The notes under the pieces: generated by a model
What the model saw: only the letters and a program-made list of their open reading frames with translations
Told to the model about the DNA's origin: nothing
Database searches by the model: none
Program-made: the position numbers and the translations under genes
Source: an uncultured Pseudomonadales bacterium
Lineage (GTDB): Bacteria; Patescibacteriota; Microgenomatia; UBA1400; PJMF01
Assembly (NCBI GenBank): GCA_964620965.1
Contig: CAZUHV010000002.1
Span: 184,798 to 248,797 of the forward strand
DNA length: 64,000 nucleotides
Reading direction: 5' to 3'
Shown: positions 19,221 through 29,319 of the stretch, in pieces
Numbering within the stretch: position 1 is the stretch's first letter
Layout of the letters: each line of letters begins with the position of its first letter

Positions 19221-19787
19221 TTATTTACTTGCTCTGGAATCGTACGACATTGTGTCTGTATTAATAACTAAATAGTCACCTTCTTTAACAAAAATTGGTG
19301 CTGCAACTTCAAAACCACTTTCTAGTTTCACCATTTTTCGTGCGGTACCCATTGTGTTTCCAGCAACAGCTTCTTCGGCATACTCAACACGCAATGTAAT
19401 TTTTGGAGGGAAACTAACTCCAATTGGCTTTTCTTCATAGATTGTTACATATACTTCAACTTCTGGAGTTAATAACTGTGCTTGTTCACCAACTAAGTCT
19501 AATGAAACCTCTACTTGCTCAAAAGATTGTGGATTCATAAAAACTGCAGATTCACCATCGTTGTATAAAAACTGCATTCTTTGATTTTGAACTTCTACTT
19601 GTTCAATTGATTCTGTAGATTTATATGTAAATTCCAAAGTATTGCCATTTAAAATGTTCTTCATTTTGACACGCATAAACGCAGAGCCTTTGCCAGGACT
19701 TACAAAATCTGCCTTTGTTACTAAATGAGGAACGTTCTTAAATAAAATGTAACTACCTTTTCTAATGTTTCCTGCTTTGATTATCAT
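19221..19787 (-). CDS. efp: elongation factor P
   Basis: MIIKAGNIRKGSYILFKNVPHLVTKADFVSPGKGSAFMRVKMKNI. The conserved PGKG Lys is present. Confidence 0.9.
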   Translation of the reverse strand: MIIKAGNIRKGSYILFKNVPHLVTKADFVSPGKGSAFMRVKMKNILNGNTLEFTYKSTESIEQVEVQNQRMQFLYNDGESAVFMNPQSFEQVEVSLDLVGEQAQLLTPEVEVYVTIYEEKPIGVSFPPKITLRVEYAEEAVAGNTMGTARKMVKLESGFEVAAPIFVKEGDYLVINTDTMSYDSRASK

Positions 19788-19820
19788 AGGAAGCTATTAT
19801 ACCACCAGACTAAATCGAAA

Positions 19821-20870
19821 TCAGTAGTCAAAAACATCATCTACCGGAAACAATAGCGTATCTTTAATTGATGCAGAATCTGAAAATAGCATTACCAAAC
19901 GATCAACTCCAACAGCTATGCCTCCCGTTCTTGGCATTCCAAGTCTCAATGCTTCTATAAAATCACTATCCATTTTGTACTCAACTTTTCCAAGTTTTTT
20001 GCGATATTGTAAATCTGCAATCATTCTAGCTTCTTGCTCTTCTGCATCTGTAAGTTCACTAAATGCATTTCCCAATTCAATACCACCTATAAAAAATTCA
20101 AATCTTTCTGCAAATCTTGGATCACTTTCTTTTTTCTTTGAAAGTGCAGCCTGTGAAGCAGGGTAGTCATATAAAATTGTTGGTTTTGATTTTCCCAAAT
20201 GTGGTTCAATTTCATTTAATAAAATTTGATTGTATGCTTCCTCCCAAGTTGTTTGTTCATCAACTTGATATCCTTTTTCTTTTGCTATCAAAACTATTTT
20301 TTCTTCATCTAACATGTCTTCTTTAGAAACTCCTGCATATTTTTCAAATGCTTCGCTTACAGAAATTTGTTCCCATGATGTAGATAAATCATATATAACA
20401 TCTTGGTATTTTAATTGATTTTTTCCATCCTCATTTAATTTAAGAACAGTTAAAATGTGTAGCAACAAGTTTTCACAGTCTTTCATCACATCTGTATAGT
20501 CGGCATCAACTCGATACCATTCCAAAATAGAAAATTCTGGGTTATGGAATGAGCTTAAACCTTCGCCATTCCTAAAACTTTTACATATTGTAAAAATGCT
20601 CCCCATTCCGGCAGAAAGTAACTTTTTCATTGAAAGTTCTGGACTTGTTAATAAATATGCTTTCTTATTTTCAAAACCTGGAGTTACTAATTCAGACTCA
20701 AAAACTTCTAAATATGGTTCTGTTCCCGGACTTTGAACAAGAAGGGGGGTGTCGACTTCATGAAATCCTTCTTTTTTAAAAAATTCACGAATAGCATCAA
20801 CAACCTGTTCTCGAATCAAAAACGGTTTTAATAATTCTGAGTTATTTCTTAATTTTTTCCAGTTTTTCAT
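19821..20870 (-). CDS. epmA: EF-P--(R)-beta-lysine ligase EpmA (LysRS paralog)
   Basis: TSPELSMKKLLSAGMGSIFTICKSFRNGEGLSSFHNPEFSILEWY is very close to the E. coli EpmA motif-2 region. About 350 aa, adjacent to efp. Confidence 0.8.
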   Translation of the reverse strand: MKNWKKLRNNSELLKPFLIREQVVDAIREFFKKEGFHEVDTPLLVQSPGTEPYLEVFESELVTPGFENKKAYLLTSPELSMKKLLSAGMGSIFTICKSFRNGEGLSSFHNPEFSILEWYRVDADYTDVMKDCENLLLHILTVLKLNEDGKNQLKYQDVIYDLSTSWEQISVSEAFEKYAGVSKEDMLDEEKIVLIAKEKGYQVDEQTTWEEAYNQILLNEIEPHLGKSKPTILYDYPASQAALSKKKESDPRFAERFEFFIGGIELGNAFSELTDAEEQEARMIADLQYRKKLGKVEYKMDSDFIEALRLGMPRTGGIAVGVDRLVMLFSDSASIKDTLLFPVDDVFDY

Positions 20871-21573
20871 AAGTTTTTTTTAGAAAAAATCTAAACTCCC
20901 TTCTGTGCAGTCGTAACCAAAATATCAATGATAAAAATGTAAAACCTAAAAAATATCCTGCAACTACATCAGAAAACCAGTGAACCCGTAAGTACACTCT
21001 TGTAAACCCAACTGATGCAACTACAAAAAGTAAAATAAAAATAAGTACGTTCGTTTCTCTTTTTTTCTCAAAATAGGTTTTAAGCAACAATGCTAAATAT
21101 CCACAGCTCACAATGTATCCTATTGTGTGGTTTGAAGGATAACAAGTTTCGTTCATAGCCAGTTTTTGTACAAAATCAATTTCAAAAAGTAGTTTATAGG
21201 TAGTGTGTACTGAATTATAGTAAGATCCAGGACAAAGAACATTAAAAATTGGTTTAACAAAAAACTGTGCAAAAAATGAAGTAGATCCTGTTATTAACAA
21301 AAGTAATGCTTCTAGTTTTTCGCCTTTTTTGTAAAAATACCGCAGTAACCAAATTGCAAGAAAAAATAAAAATATATATAAATACTCTAAAATTTTTGAA
21401 TATACAAAAAAAAGTTCTTTGTATCTATTTCCAAAGTAGGTATTAAAAAAAATATCAATATTTAATAAGTGTCCTTTTTCTACAAGATACGAAAAAATAA
21501 TAAAAAGTAAAAAAGTAGTAACCCCAGTTATTTTTAAAACAAATTTTATTTTTTCTTTTCGATCTTTTTGCAT
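20842..21573 (-). CDS. PAP2-family membrane phosphatase
   Basis: YPSNHTIGY (PSGH-like) and TRVYLRVHWFSDVVAG (SRxxxxxHxxxD). Confidence 0.75.
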   Translation of the reverse strand: MQKDRKEKIKFVLKITGVTTFLLFIIFSYLVEKGHLLNIDIFFNTYFGNRYKELFFVYSKILEYLYIFLFFLAIWLLRYFYKKGEKLEALLLLITGSTSFFAQFFVKPIFNVLCPGSYYNSVHTTYKLLFEIDFVQKLAMNETCYPSNHTIGYIVSCGYLALLLKTYFEKKRETNVLIFILLFVVASVGFTRVYLRVHWFSDVVAGYFLGFTFLSLIFWLRLHRREFRFFLKKTYEKLEKIKK

Positions 21574-22232
21574 ACTTGAACTGTTATTTTATCACCCTCA
21601 ATAATGATGTAACTATATTGAGCATCTCTTAAAAAGCCTGCTGTAAAAATCTTGTTTTTTTCGTTGGCATGTTTAATATGGCAGTGCCCAAAAATATGAT
21701 AGGTATTTTTATTGTGATATTTTTGGGCATACTCAATAAACTCCGCAAGTTGCACTTTATCTTTCTTTTCTTGATAAACAGTGTCAATTATATTTTTAAA
21801 AAAAAGACTATTTTCTTTGGTATACACTAATAAGCGGTATAAAGTCCTAATAAAATTAGGATTTTTAAAAAATACTCTTATGTCAGCTGATGGCGAAATA
21901 AGATGTCCATGTTGTACATTATATTTCTTTCCTTCCGATTCAAAAGAGTAGGCAATTGTTTGTACCTCACAAAATGAATACACTCTTTCATCCATAAATT
22001 CAGGTTTATCATGATTTCCAGTTACATATATAGTTTTTTTCTTTTTCAACAAAGGAAAAAGCTTTTGCCATTCAGAATTATAAAACTGATCAAACGTAGT
22101 AAGATACGCATCCCAAAAATCTCCATTTATAACAACTTGGTCAGCATTTTTAACAAGTTTCGCGATATAATCAAACAAATCTTCGTCGAAATAATGTGTT
22201 AAATGGGTATCACTAAATATCAAAGTTTTCAC
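21546..22232 (-). CDS. metallophosphoesterase
   Basis: IFSDTHL ... NGDFWD ... VTGNHD ... GHCH motifs. Confidence 0.75.
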   Translation of the reverse strand: MKTLIFSDTHLTHYFDEDLFDYIAKLVKNADQVVINGDFWDAYLTTFDQFYNSEWQKLFPLLKKKKTIYVTGNHDKPEFMDERVYSFCEVQTIAYSFESEGKKYNVQHGHLISPSADIRVFFKNPNFIRTLYRLLVYTKENSLFFKNIIDTVYQEKKDKVQLAEFIEYAQKYHNKNTYHIFGHCHIKHANEKNKIFTAGFLRDAQYSYIIIEGDKITVQVCKKIEKKK

Positions 22233-22255
22233 AAAGATACATTATAAAAGAAATT

Positions 22256-22978
22256 ATGAATGAAAATACTATTAAACTACAAGCATTTATGAGCCAACTT
22301 GGCATTGCTTCAAGAAGAGCAAGCGAAAAACTTATTGAGGATGGCAAAGTCAAAGTAAATGGTACAACTGCACACATTGGCCAAAGAGTGAATCCAACAA
22401 ACGATAAAATAGAATACGCAGGTCAAATATTTAATGCACTAGAAAAAAAGAGATACTTTTTAATTGATAAACCAGTTGGCTATGTTTCTACAACTAAAGA
22501 TGAGTTAAATCGAAAAAATGTTACAGCGCTCCTTCCAAAAGGTATCACGGAACACTTATATCCTGTTGGCAGACTAGATATTGATAGTGAAGGATTATTA
22601 CTCCTCACAAACGACGGAGAAATTGCACAAAAACTAACTCATCCAAAATATGAGATCGAAAAAACATATCATGTTTTTACAAAAAGAAACCCAAGCTTTA
22701 ATGCCGTAATGCATCTTCGCAAAGGTGTTAAATTAAGTGATGGATATACCCAACCCGCTCAAGTTGAACGTTTAAGTAATGATGAAAATGGTTCTTGGAT
22801 TGAGATTACGATTACCGAAGGAAGAAATCGACAAGTTCGTAGAATGATGGACCGTGTTGGCTATCCTGTTGAAAGACTTGCAAGAATAAGCATGGGACCA
22901 CTACACATTGATATGCTTGAAGGTGAAAAGTGTATTGAGCTTACTGAAGAACAAGTTACAGAACTAAAGGCACTTTAG
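22256..22978 (+). CDS. rRNA pseudouridine synthase (RsuA/RluB family)
   Basis: S4 domain (LQAFMSQLGIASRRASEKLIEDGKVKVNG) plus catalytic PVGRLDIDSEGLLLLTNDGE. Confidence 0.9.
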   Translation: MNENTIKLQAFMSQLGIASRRASEKLIEDGKVKVNGTTAHIGQRVNPTNDKIEYAGQIFNALEKKRYFLIDKPVGYVSTTKDELNRKNVTALLPKGITEHLYPVGRLDIDSEGLLLLTNDGEIAQKLTHPKYEIEKTYHVFTKRNPSFNAVMHLRKGVKLSDGYTQPAQVERLSNDENGSWIEITITEGRNRQVRRMMDRVGYPVERLARISMGPLHIDMLEGEKCIELTEEQVTELKAL

Positions 22979-22987
22979 TTTTATCTG

Positions 22988-23059
22988 AGCGGGTAAGCGG
23001 AATCGAACCGCCATCTACTGCTTGGAAGGCAGTCATACTAACCGTTGTACTATACCCGC
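22988..23059 (-). tRNA. tRNA-Gly (anticodon TCC)
   Basis: The reverse complement folds with acceptor GCGGGTA/TACCCGC, anticodon loop CTTCCAA and T-loop TTCGATT. Confidence 0.8.
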
Positions 23060-23129
23060 ATCTTCACTTGTTAAGTTAGAACACTATTTTACTGCTTTTA
23101 CCTCAATTTGGCAAAACCTATTTTATACT

Positions 23130-24335
23130 TTAAACATCAACTTTTTTAGCTTTTGACCTGCTAAATTGAATAAATAAAAATCCTCCATACATTAGTATTG
23201 CTGCAAACATAAAAATAGAATTAATACTAATTCTAGAAACCAATCCTGCTGCTAGCGGACCAATAATTTGTCCAAGAGAAATATATGATTGGTTGATTCC
23301 GAGTATATATCCTTGATCTTCATTATTTGTGCGCTCAGATAAAATAGCAGAAATAAGAGGGGTAATAACTGCGTGAAATATCATATACACAAAAAGAACG
23401 AATACGAACTGAATAAAATTAAGCCCCATACTCAAACCTATCAAAGATACAAATGAACCAACAAAAGCAAGTTTAATAATCTTTTCTTTACTCTTAAACT
23501 TTTGTAATAAAACTTTTATACCAAACATTTGCATTACAACACTCATAAAGCCTGCCATTGTATAGATTAGTCCAATTTGTTTTGCCGATAACCTCAATTC
23601 GTCTACTGAATATGCGTTAAACCCAATTATGAAACTATTAGAAACCGTAGCCGCAATAAGCCCAACTAACAAAACTGCACCAACGGTTGGGTTAAACAAA
23701 GCTTGAACAAGCGCCTTAAAATTAAATAACGGTTCATGTTTTTGCTTGATAACATCTATTGTGTGAACAGTTTCTTTTAGTTTGAAATGACCAAGAATTG
23801 TTGCTATTAAAGCAAGAAAAGAAGCAAACCAAAATGGTGCTGTTAATGCTATTTGAGACAATAACCCACCAAGTGCTGGGCCAACCAAAAATCCAAATCC
23901 AAAAGCTGCTCCCAACATTCCAAAGGCTTTTGCTCTATCTTTACCTTCTACCTTATCCGCAAGCATTGCTTGAGCAACAGAAATATTTCCACCAGTAATT
24001 CCGTCTAGAATTCGTGCAAAGAACAGCATGTAAATGTTGGAAGCTGAGGCAAATAGTGCTAAAGAAATGCTTGTTCCAAAAATACTTAGTAAAAGTAATG
24101 GTTTTCTTCCATATCTATCTGACAAACGTCCAATCACTGGAGTTGCTAAAAATTGAAACAAGGAATAAGAAGCAAACAAAAAACTTAATGTAACTGGGTT
24201 AATACCAAACTTTGAAGCATACGGATAGAGTAGAGGAATAATAGTTCCATAACTGAGCGCATTAATCAGCATTATTAAACCAAGAATTGTGAGCTCTGTA
24301 TTAATATTTTGTTTTTTTCTGAAGAAATTAAGCAT
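23130..24335 (-). CDS. MFS transporter (drug:H+ antiporter-like)
   Basis: 12 TM segments. GRLSDRYGRKPLLLLS motif A. Confidence 0.85.
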   Translation of the reverse strand: MLNFFRKKQNINTELTILGLIMLINALSYGTIIPLLYPYASKFGINPVTLSFLFASYSLFQFLATPVIGRLSDRYGRKPLLLLSIFGTSISLALFASASNIYMLFFARILDGITGGNISVAQAMLADKVEGKDRAKAFGMLGAAFGFGFLVGPALGGLLSQIALTAPFWFASFLALIATILGHFKLKETVHTIDVIKQKHEPLFNFKALVQALFNPTVGAVLLVGLIAATVSNSFIIGFNAYSVDELRLSAKQIGLIYTMAGFMSVVMQMFGIKVLLQKFKSKEKIIKLAFVGSFVSLIGLSMGLNFIQFVFVLFVYMIFHAVITPLISAILSERTNNEDQGYILGINQSYISLGQIIGPLAAGLVSRISINSIFMFAAILMYGGFLFIQFSRSKAKKVDV

Positions 24336-24451
24336 AAGAGATCCATTATACCTAAATTTAAGTTTGAGTAATAGCCTAACTAACCAAAAACTTATCTAGC
24401 AAAAATATAAAAGTGAGTGGTATAATATGTTTCTTAATGACTTCATGTCAT

Positions 24452-24535
24452 GCCGCGGTGGCGGAATTGGTAGACGCGCGAGACTTAAAATCTCGTGGTA
24501 GCGATATCGTGTGGGTTCGATTCCCACCCGCGGCA
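24452..24535 (+). tRNA. tRNA-Leu (anticodon TAA)
   Basis: Long variable arm, anticodon loop CTTAAAA, GGTTCGATTCC T-arm. Confidence 0.85.
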
Positions 24536-24617
24536 CAAGAACTATTTTGTGCTAAATAAAATAGACTTAACATTTTTTAAGGAATATGCAAAAATACTTT
24601 GCACCTTAGTTATATGC

Positions 24618-24691
24618 CGGGGAGTAGCTCAGATGGCTAGAGCGCGCGGTTTGGGACCGTGAGGCCGCAGGTTCAAGTCCTGTCTCCCCGA
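24618..24691 (+). tRNA. tRNA-Pro (anticodon TGG)
   Basis: Acceptor CGGGGAG/CTCCCCG, anticodon loop TTTGGGA. Confidence 0.85.
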
Positions 24692-24774
24692 CACAGTTTT
24701 TCACTCGAGAAAATTCATTTAAAATTTTGCCTACAGAAGATAAGTTTTGGAACTTTCACTAAGCATTTCTGGCA

Positions 24775-24802
24775 TAAAAAAACCTCCTTTAAGGGCGGAG
24801 GT
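24775..24802 (-). terminator. rho-independent terminator of small membrane ORF
   Basis: Minus strand reads ACCTCCgcccttaaaGGAGGTtttttttat. Confidence 0.65.
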
Positions 24803-24815
24803 GTACCCACTAAAT

Positions 24816-25025
24816 TTACTTACCTTTCCAAAAGACAAGATAAGCAGGCAGAAGCCACAGTAATGTAGCAACCACCCCAAAAACAATTCCCAAAAGCGCA
24901 CCCATTTCAGGGTACATGGCATAAGGCAATACAGGTGCTGGCGCAGCCAACCCCAAAATTGTCCAAATTACCGTTAGCGCATATTTCAGCGCTGTCTTCC
25001 AACTTTCCTGTTTCTGGTCTAACAT
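24816..25025 (-). CDS. small hydrophobic membrane protein (69 aa, hypothetical)
   Basis: ATG with a GGGG-containing RBS. Two or three predicted TM helices. An intrinsic terminator follows immediately. GC content is elevated relative to the flanks. Confidence 0.4.
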   Translation of the reverse strand: MLDQKQESWKTALKYALTVIWTILGLAAPAPVLPYAMYPEMGALLGIVFGVVATLLWLLPAYLVFWKGK

Positions 25026-25320
25026 ATTTTTTTACCCCTTTTGAAAAGTACTCACCCGAAGGTGGCAATTACTATTTTCATTTTTATAAAAATAATAATT
25101 ACCACCCACTGTGAATTGAAGTGAATTTGTTAAGTAATTTAGTATATTAATGTGCTATGTATAACAAATTGTTTTCAGCTTTTGAAAAATTTATTACACA
25201 ATATTCACACATTATAGGATTAAATGTGTTTTTTGTCAATCAAACCAAGCAAAAATGATTGCCTCTTCGCAATACGCCAGCACTATATCTAAATTAGAAA
25301 TGAGAAAGAAGTAAAAATAT

Positions 25321-26046
25321 TTATTTTGCTTTTATATGCTCTACATCTTCTTCAATAGTTTCAACAACTTCTTTGTATGTTGCATGAACAAGCTGTGATT
25401 TGGATAAATGTAATCCTTGCCTATATTTAATAAACTCAAAAACCATTGGTAAAACAGAAATAAACAAAATACCAAATACAACATAATGGAAATTATGCTG
25501 AACTACTTCTAATCCTCCAAAGAAAAATCCCATAAAAGTAAATAAAGTTGTCCATAAAAAAGCACCTAATATATTAAATAAAATAAATGTTTTATAATGC
25601 ATTTTACCTACGCCAGCAACAAAGGGAGCAAATGTCCTTAAAATAGGTAAAAATCTTGCTAAAATAATGGCTTTTGCCCCATGTTTTTCATAAAATTCTC
25701 TTGTTTTTTCAAGATATTCTTTCTTAAAAATTTTTGAATTATCTTTATTAAAAACTTTTGCTCCAATACTATGACCAATCCAATAATTGACCGTATCACC
25801 TACAATGGCTGATAAGAAAAGTGTAAAATATACAATCCAAATATTAATATACCCACTACCAGCAAGAGTTCCTGATACAAAAAGCAACGAATCTCCAGGT
25901 AAGAATGGCATTATAACTAAGCCAGTTTCAGCAAAAACTACCAAAAAAAGTAAAACATATATCCAGTTTCCCAATATCCCAACTAAAAATTCCAAAGATG
26001 AATCCAAATGAATCAGAGTATTAAAAAGGTTATTTAATATATGCAT
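25321..26046 (-). CDS. DedA/SNARE-associated (VTT domain) membrane protein
   Basis: LVIMPFLPGDSLLFVSGTLAG signature. Confidence 0.8.
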   Translation of the reverse strand: MHILNNLFNTLIHLDSSLEFLVGILGNWIYVLLFLVVFAETGLVIMPFLPGDSLLFVSGTLAGSGYINIWIVYFTLFLSAIVGDTVNYWIGHSIGAKVFNKDNSKIFKKEYLEKTREFYEKHGAKAIILARFLPILRTFAPFVAGVGKMHYKTFILFNILGAFLWTTLFTFMGFFFGGLEVVQHNFHYVVFGILFISVLPMVFEFIKYRQGLHLSKSQLVHATYKEVVETIEEDVEHIKAK

Positions 26047-26159
26047 AGACTTATGATTTTATGCTCATGTTTGCTTGCAGTCGAGTGGGAATAATAGGTT
26101 CTAATTTTGTTTACAACTGTCGACAAATCTTTATTTTTTTCTCTGATATAATTTGCCCA

Positions 26160-26459
26160 ATGTCACAAAATAGAATCATTTCATTCAAAGAATCAATTGA
26201 ACTTGGAAAATATCAAATCGATTATTTAAGCCAATACAAAGAATGGGAAGAATTAGATCGCCACTTACAATACCAATATATTACTCAAGCCATAACTAAT
26301 AAGCGAAGACAATTACGTCTTGAATGGGCAAAAATGGCTAATCAACCAAATTTTAGCAAGAAACCTCAATTGCTCGCCGCACAAAAAAAGATAGAAAAAG
26401 CTTTGCGAGACTTAGATACAGATGAGGAAACACTCATGATTGAATACGCGGGTTGTTAA
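26160..26459 (+). CDS. hypothetical charged protein
   Basis: ATG at 26160 preceded by TGATATAAT-like sequence. No recognisable family. The track's upstream extension is implausible. Confidence 0.3.
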   Translation: MSQNRIISFKESIELGKYQIDYLSQYKEWEELDRHLQYQYITQAITNKRRQLRLEWAKMANQPNFSKKPQLLAAQKKIEKALRDLDTDEETLMIEYAGC

Positions 26460-26601
26460 ATAAACGCCGTTTCTTTTTAACCACTGCAATTAGACCTAAA
26501 AATAGCTCTATATTTTTCACTAGTTGAAGTTTGAAAAACATGCTACCATTATAATCTACAATCTGTAGTAGTTACTCGTATTAAGATTTTGAAAGGAAAC
26601 A

Positions 26602-27060
26602 ATGAACAATAAAAAAATGCTCCCAGTTGCGACAATTCTCTTTTGTGCAATTATTTTTTCTGCATGTATCCCAGCCAAAGAAACTCCAACCCAACAAACA
26701 CCAGAATCCACAGAAACAATGATACAAGAATCAGAATCTATGACAGATCCTGAATCAAGTTCTGAAACCACCGAACAAACAGTATCTGTTACAGCAAACT
26801 ATACAAGCCCAGCAGGAGAAGAAGAGGTTATCTTCAACATCTCTGTCGATGAAAATGGAGTAATAACAAAAGCAGAAACAGAAGGTCTTGCAACAAATCC
26901 TACCTCTATTATAAGACAAAAAAGCTTTGCTGAAAGCCTTCCTACTGCCATAGTTGGCAAAAATATTAGTGAACTTTCTAACATAGATAGAGTTGGCGGG
27001 TCTTCACTTACAACAAATGCATTTAATGCTTCACTAGAACAACTCAGAGCCCAATTGTAA
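26602..27060 (+). CDS. lipoprotein with Ser/Thr/Glu-rich linker (hypothetical)
   Basis: MNNKKMLPVATILFCAIIFSACI is a signal peptide plus lipobox. A low-complexity acidic linker precedes a small C-terminal domain. Confidence 0.55.
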   Translation: MNNKKMLPVATILFCAIIFSACIPAKETPTQQTPESTETMIQESESMTDPESSSETTEQTVSVTANYTSPAGEEEVIFNISVDENGVITKAETEGLATNPTSIIRQKSFAESLPTAIVGKNISELSNIDRVGGSSLTTNAFNASLEQLRAQL

Positions 27061-27064
27061 AAAT

Positions 27065-27937
27065 ATGTTTTCGTATACATTTCAAGCTTTTGGAACACAT
27101 TGGGCCATCCTCACGGATGGCTCAAAACTTCCTGATGCCCTAAAGAATGAAATATACGAAAAAACAATTGCATTCGAAAAACGCTTTTCTAGGTTTCAAA
27201 AGGGAAGTGAAGTATCGCAATTTAGAAACAGCCCTGAAGGGACATATGCTGTTTCTAAAGAACTATCAGAACTGCTTACTATCCACCAAGAATTAAAAAA
27301 CCTCACAAATGGGTTGTTTGATCCTGCAGTTGGAGAATTACTAGAAAAAGCTGGCTATGATGAAAATTACTCGTTTTCTCCAAAAAATCTAGAAAAATAC
27401 GCTTTGCCAGAATGGTCTATTTCTGGAAAAAAAATTAGAATTTCTGGCCCGATAGTTTTTGATTTTGGAGGAATTGGCAAAGGGTATTGGATAGATCAAA
27501 TCTCAAAAATCCTTCAGGAAAATAATCAAAAACATTACCTAATCGATGGAGGCAGAGACTTATTTGCAACTCAAAAAATTGATGGATCTGGTTGGAAAAT
27601 TGCAATAGAATGGCCTGGAAAGCAAGGAATTGCAGTTGGAACTGTTGTATTAAAAAATCAAGGACTTGCTGCGTCTGATACTATCTTACGGTCTTGGAAA
27701 AATTGGCACCACCTCATAGACCTCTCTACCAAAACTCCACAAACAAATAATATTGGGAGTACTGCGATTGCAAAATCAGCACTAACAGCGGATATGATGA
27801 CTTCTGTTTTATCATTTTGTTCAAAAGAGAAAGCAAAAGAGATTTCACAAAAATTTGATTCTGAATATATTGTTTTTAATCAAAACAATACTCTAATCAC
27901 AAGCACAGGGTGGAGTGGAGAGTTGTTTACCAAATAA
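27065..27937 (+). CDS. FAD:protein FMN transferase (ApbE family)
   Basis: FDFGGIGKGYWID motif and ApbE-like length. Confidence 0.75.
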   Translation: MFSYTFQAFGTHWAILTDGSKLPDALKNEIYEKTIAFEKRFSRFQKGSEVSQFRNSPEGTYAVSKELSELLTIHQELKNLTNGLFDPAVGELLEKAGYDENYSFSPKNLEKYALPEWSISGKKIRISGPIVFDFGGIGKGYWIDQISKILQENNQKHYLIDGGRDLFATQKIDGSGWKIAIEWPGKQGIAVGTVVLKNQGLAASDTILRSWKNWHHLIDLSTKTPQTNNIGSTAIAKSALTADMMTSVLSFCSKEKAKEISQKFDSEYIVFNQNNTLITSTGWSGELFTK

Positions 27938-27964
27938 AACTCTAGAGCCTGATATAATAAACAA

Positions 27965-28846
27965 ATGCTACCAATCTACCTCACACTTTTTACTGTTGTC
28001 TTATATTCATTTGCCTCAATTATTAGGAAAAAAATTTCAGCAATAGATGATAACTTAAACTATATCTATTCAGTTTTATTTCAGTTGCTAGGAGGAATAT
28101 CAGTATTTTTGTTTTCACTCTTACTAGGTTTTGGAACAGAATACACTGGGTACTTTAGTACACTAACACCATATCTCATTATAAAAATAGTCATTAGCGC
28201 AATACTTTGGTTTGCAGCCACAATCACTTCATTTAAAGCATTAAATTTGATCACCGCCTCAAAATACTCAATTATAGAGTCACTTTCACCACTTGTTTCA
28301 ATTGTCCTTGCACTTTTATTTTTGGGAGAGTCATTTAGTAAACAGCAATTTGTAGGTATGATTCTTATTTTGGTGAGTGTCTTTGTAGTCGTCTATGATA
28401 AAGAAACAAAACTCTCACACTTTTCTAAAGGAGAGTTCGTTGCACTACTTTCAGCAGGATTATCTGGACTTGCACTCGTTAATGATAAAGGCATATATCA
28501 ACAACTGACGCTTTCCCCAACTTTGGCTCTTTTATTTATTTTGCCAGGTTTATTTGGAGCAATTGCAAAACCATCAGAACTAAAAAAATTAAAAGTTGTT
28601 ACTAAAGATAGAAATGTAATTAAACAGCTCGTTATTATGAGTATGATTTGGGGAATTGCTGCAATTTCGTATTACAAAGCAATTGTCTTGTCAGATTCTA
28701 TATCTCTTGTTGTTTCGATTAGCCAACTTTCTGTGATTCTTACAGTGTTACTTGGACTGATTTTTCTTAAAGAAACAGATAATTGGCAAACAAAAATTAT
28801 TGCTTCTGTTGCCAGTGTTGTTGGGTTGATTTTTATGAGTATTTAA
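27965..28846 (+). CDS. EamA/DMT-family transporter
   Basis: 10 TM helices in a 5+5 arrangement. Confidence 0.55.
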   Translation: MLPIYLTLFTVVLYSFASIIRKKISAIDDNLNYIYSVLFQLLGGISVFLFSLLLGFGTEYTGYFSTLTPYLIIKIVISAILWFAATITSFKALNLITASKYSIIESLSPLVSIVLALLFLGESFSKQQFVGMILILVSVFVVVYDKETKLSHFSKGEFVALLSAGLSGLALVNDKGIYQQLTLSPTLALLFILPGLFGAIAKPSELKKLKVVTKDRNVIKQLVIMSMIWGIAAISYYKAIVLSDSISLVVSISQLSVILTVLLGLIFLKETDNWQTKIIASVASVVGLIFMSI

Positions 28847-28848
28847 TC

Positions 28849-29307
28849 TCATTCCTGTTCCAAAACAACAACAGCCCACTCGTCATCTTTTCCATCACCG
28901 GTTACAACATTTGCTGAATCTGGAGTATAGGTATACAGAGGTTGGCCATTATAGGTAACTTGTAAAATTCCATCAGCTCTTTGAATTACACCATATAGAC
29001 CACCAACATCAGACTCTAGCTCAACAGAAAGTGGTGGCCACGCTATCGCACAGTCACCATAGCAGTTACTCTCATCAATTTTGTCTTTTGAATAGGTGTA
29101 TAAAGGTAAACTTTCTTGTGTTGTTAGCACAATGCCAAAAGGTTCAATCACTGCTTCACTGACTGGAGCAAAACTGTCTCCAACTGCCTCTGAATCAAAC
29201 TTTGGAGCGGTTTTTTGTACTGACTGAGAAAACAAATCTCCACCAGAGCAACCAGAAAAAAGAAAGATACTACCTAAAAAAGAAACTAACAGTGCTTTTT
29301 TGTTCAT
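28849..29307 (-). CDS. secreted lipoprotein with conserved CYGDCAIAWPPL motif (COG4315 / Lipoprotein_15-like)
   Basis: Real start is MNKKALLVSFLGSIFLFSGC (lipobox). The Yx(FWY)xxD ... C..C..WPP repeats match the uncharacterised secreted-repeat family. The 307-aa track ORF upstream of this Met is Cys-rich junk antisense to the neighbouring gene. Confidence 0.6.
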   Translation of the reverse strand: MNKKALLVSFLGSIFLFSGCSGGDLFSQSVQKTAPKFDSEAVGDSFAPVSEAVIEPFGIVLTTQESLPLYTYSKDKIDESNCYGDCAIAWPPLSVELESDVGGLYGVIQRADGILQVTYNGQPLYTYTPDSANVVTGDGKDDEWAVVVLEQE

Positions 29308-29319
29308 ATATCTTTCATC

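Noticed and set aside
24659-24922. ORFs 24659..24868 (+) and 24731..24922 (-)
   Set aside because: The first begins inside tRNA-Pro. The second is antisense or overlapping to the better-supported small membrane ORF. Neither has an RBS.
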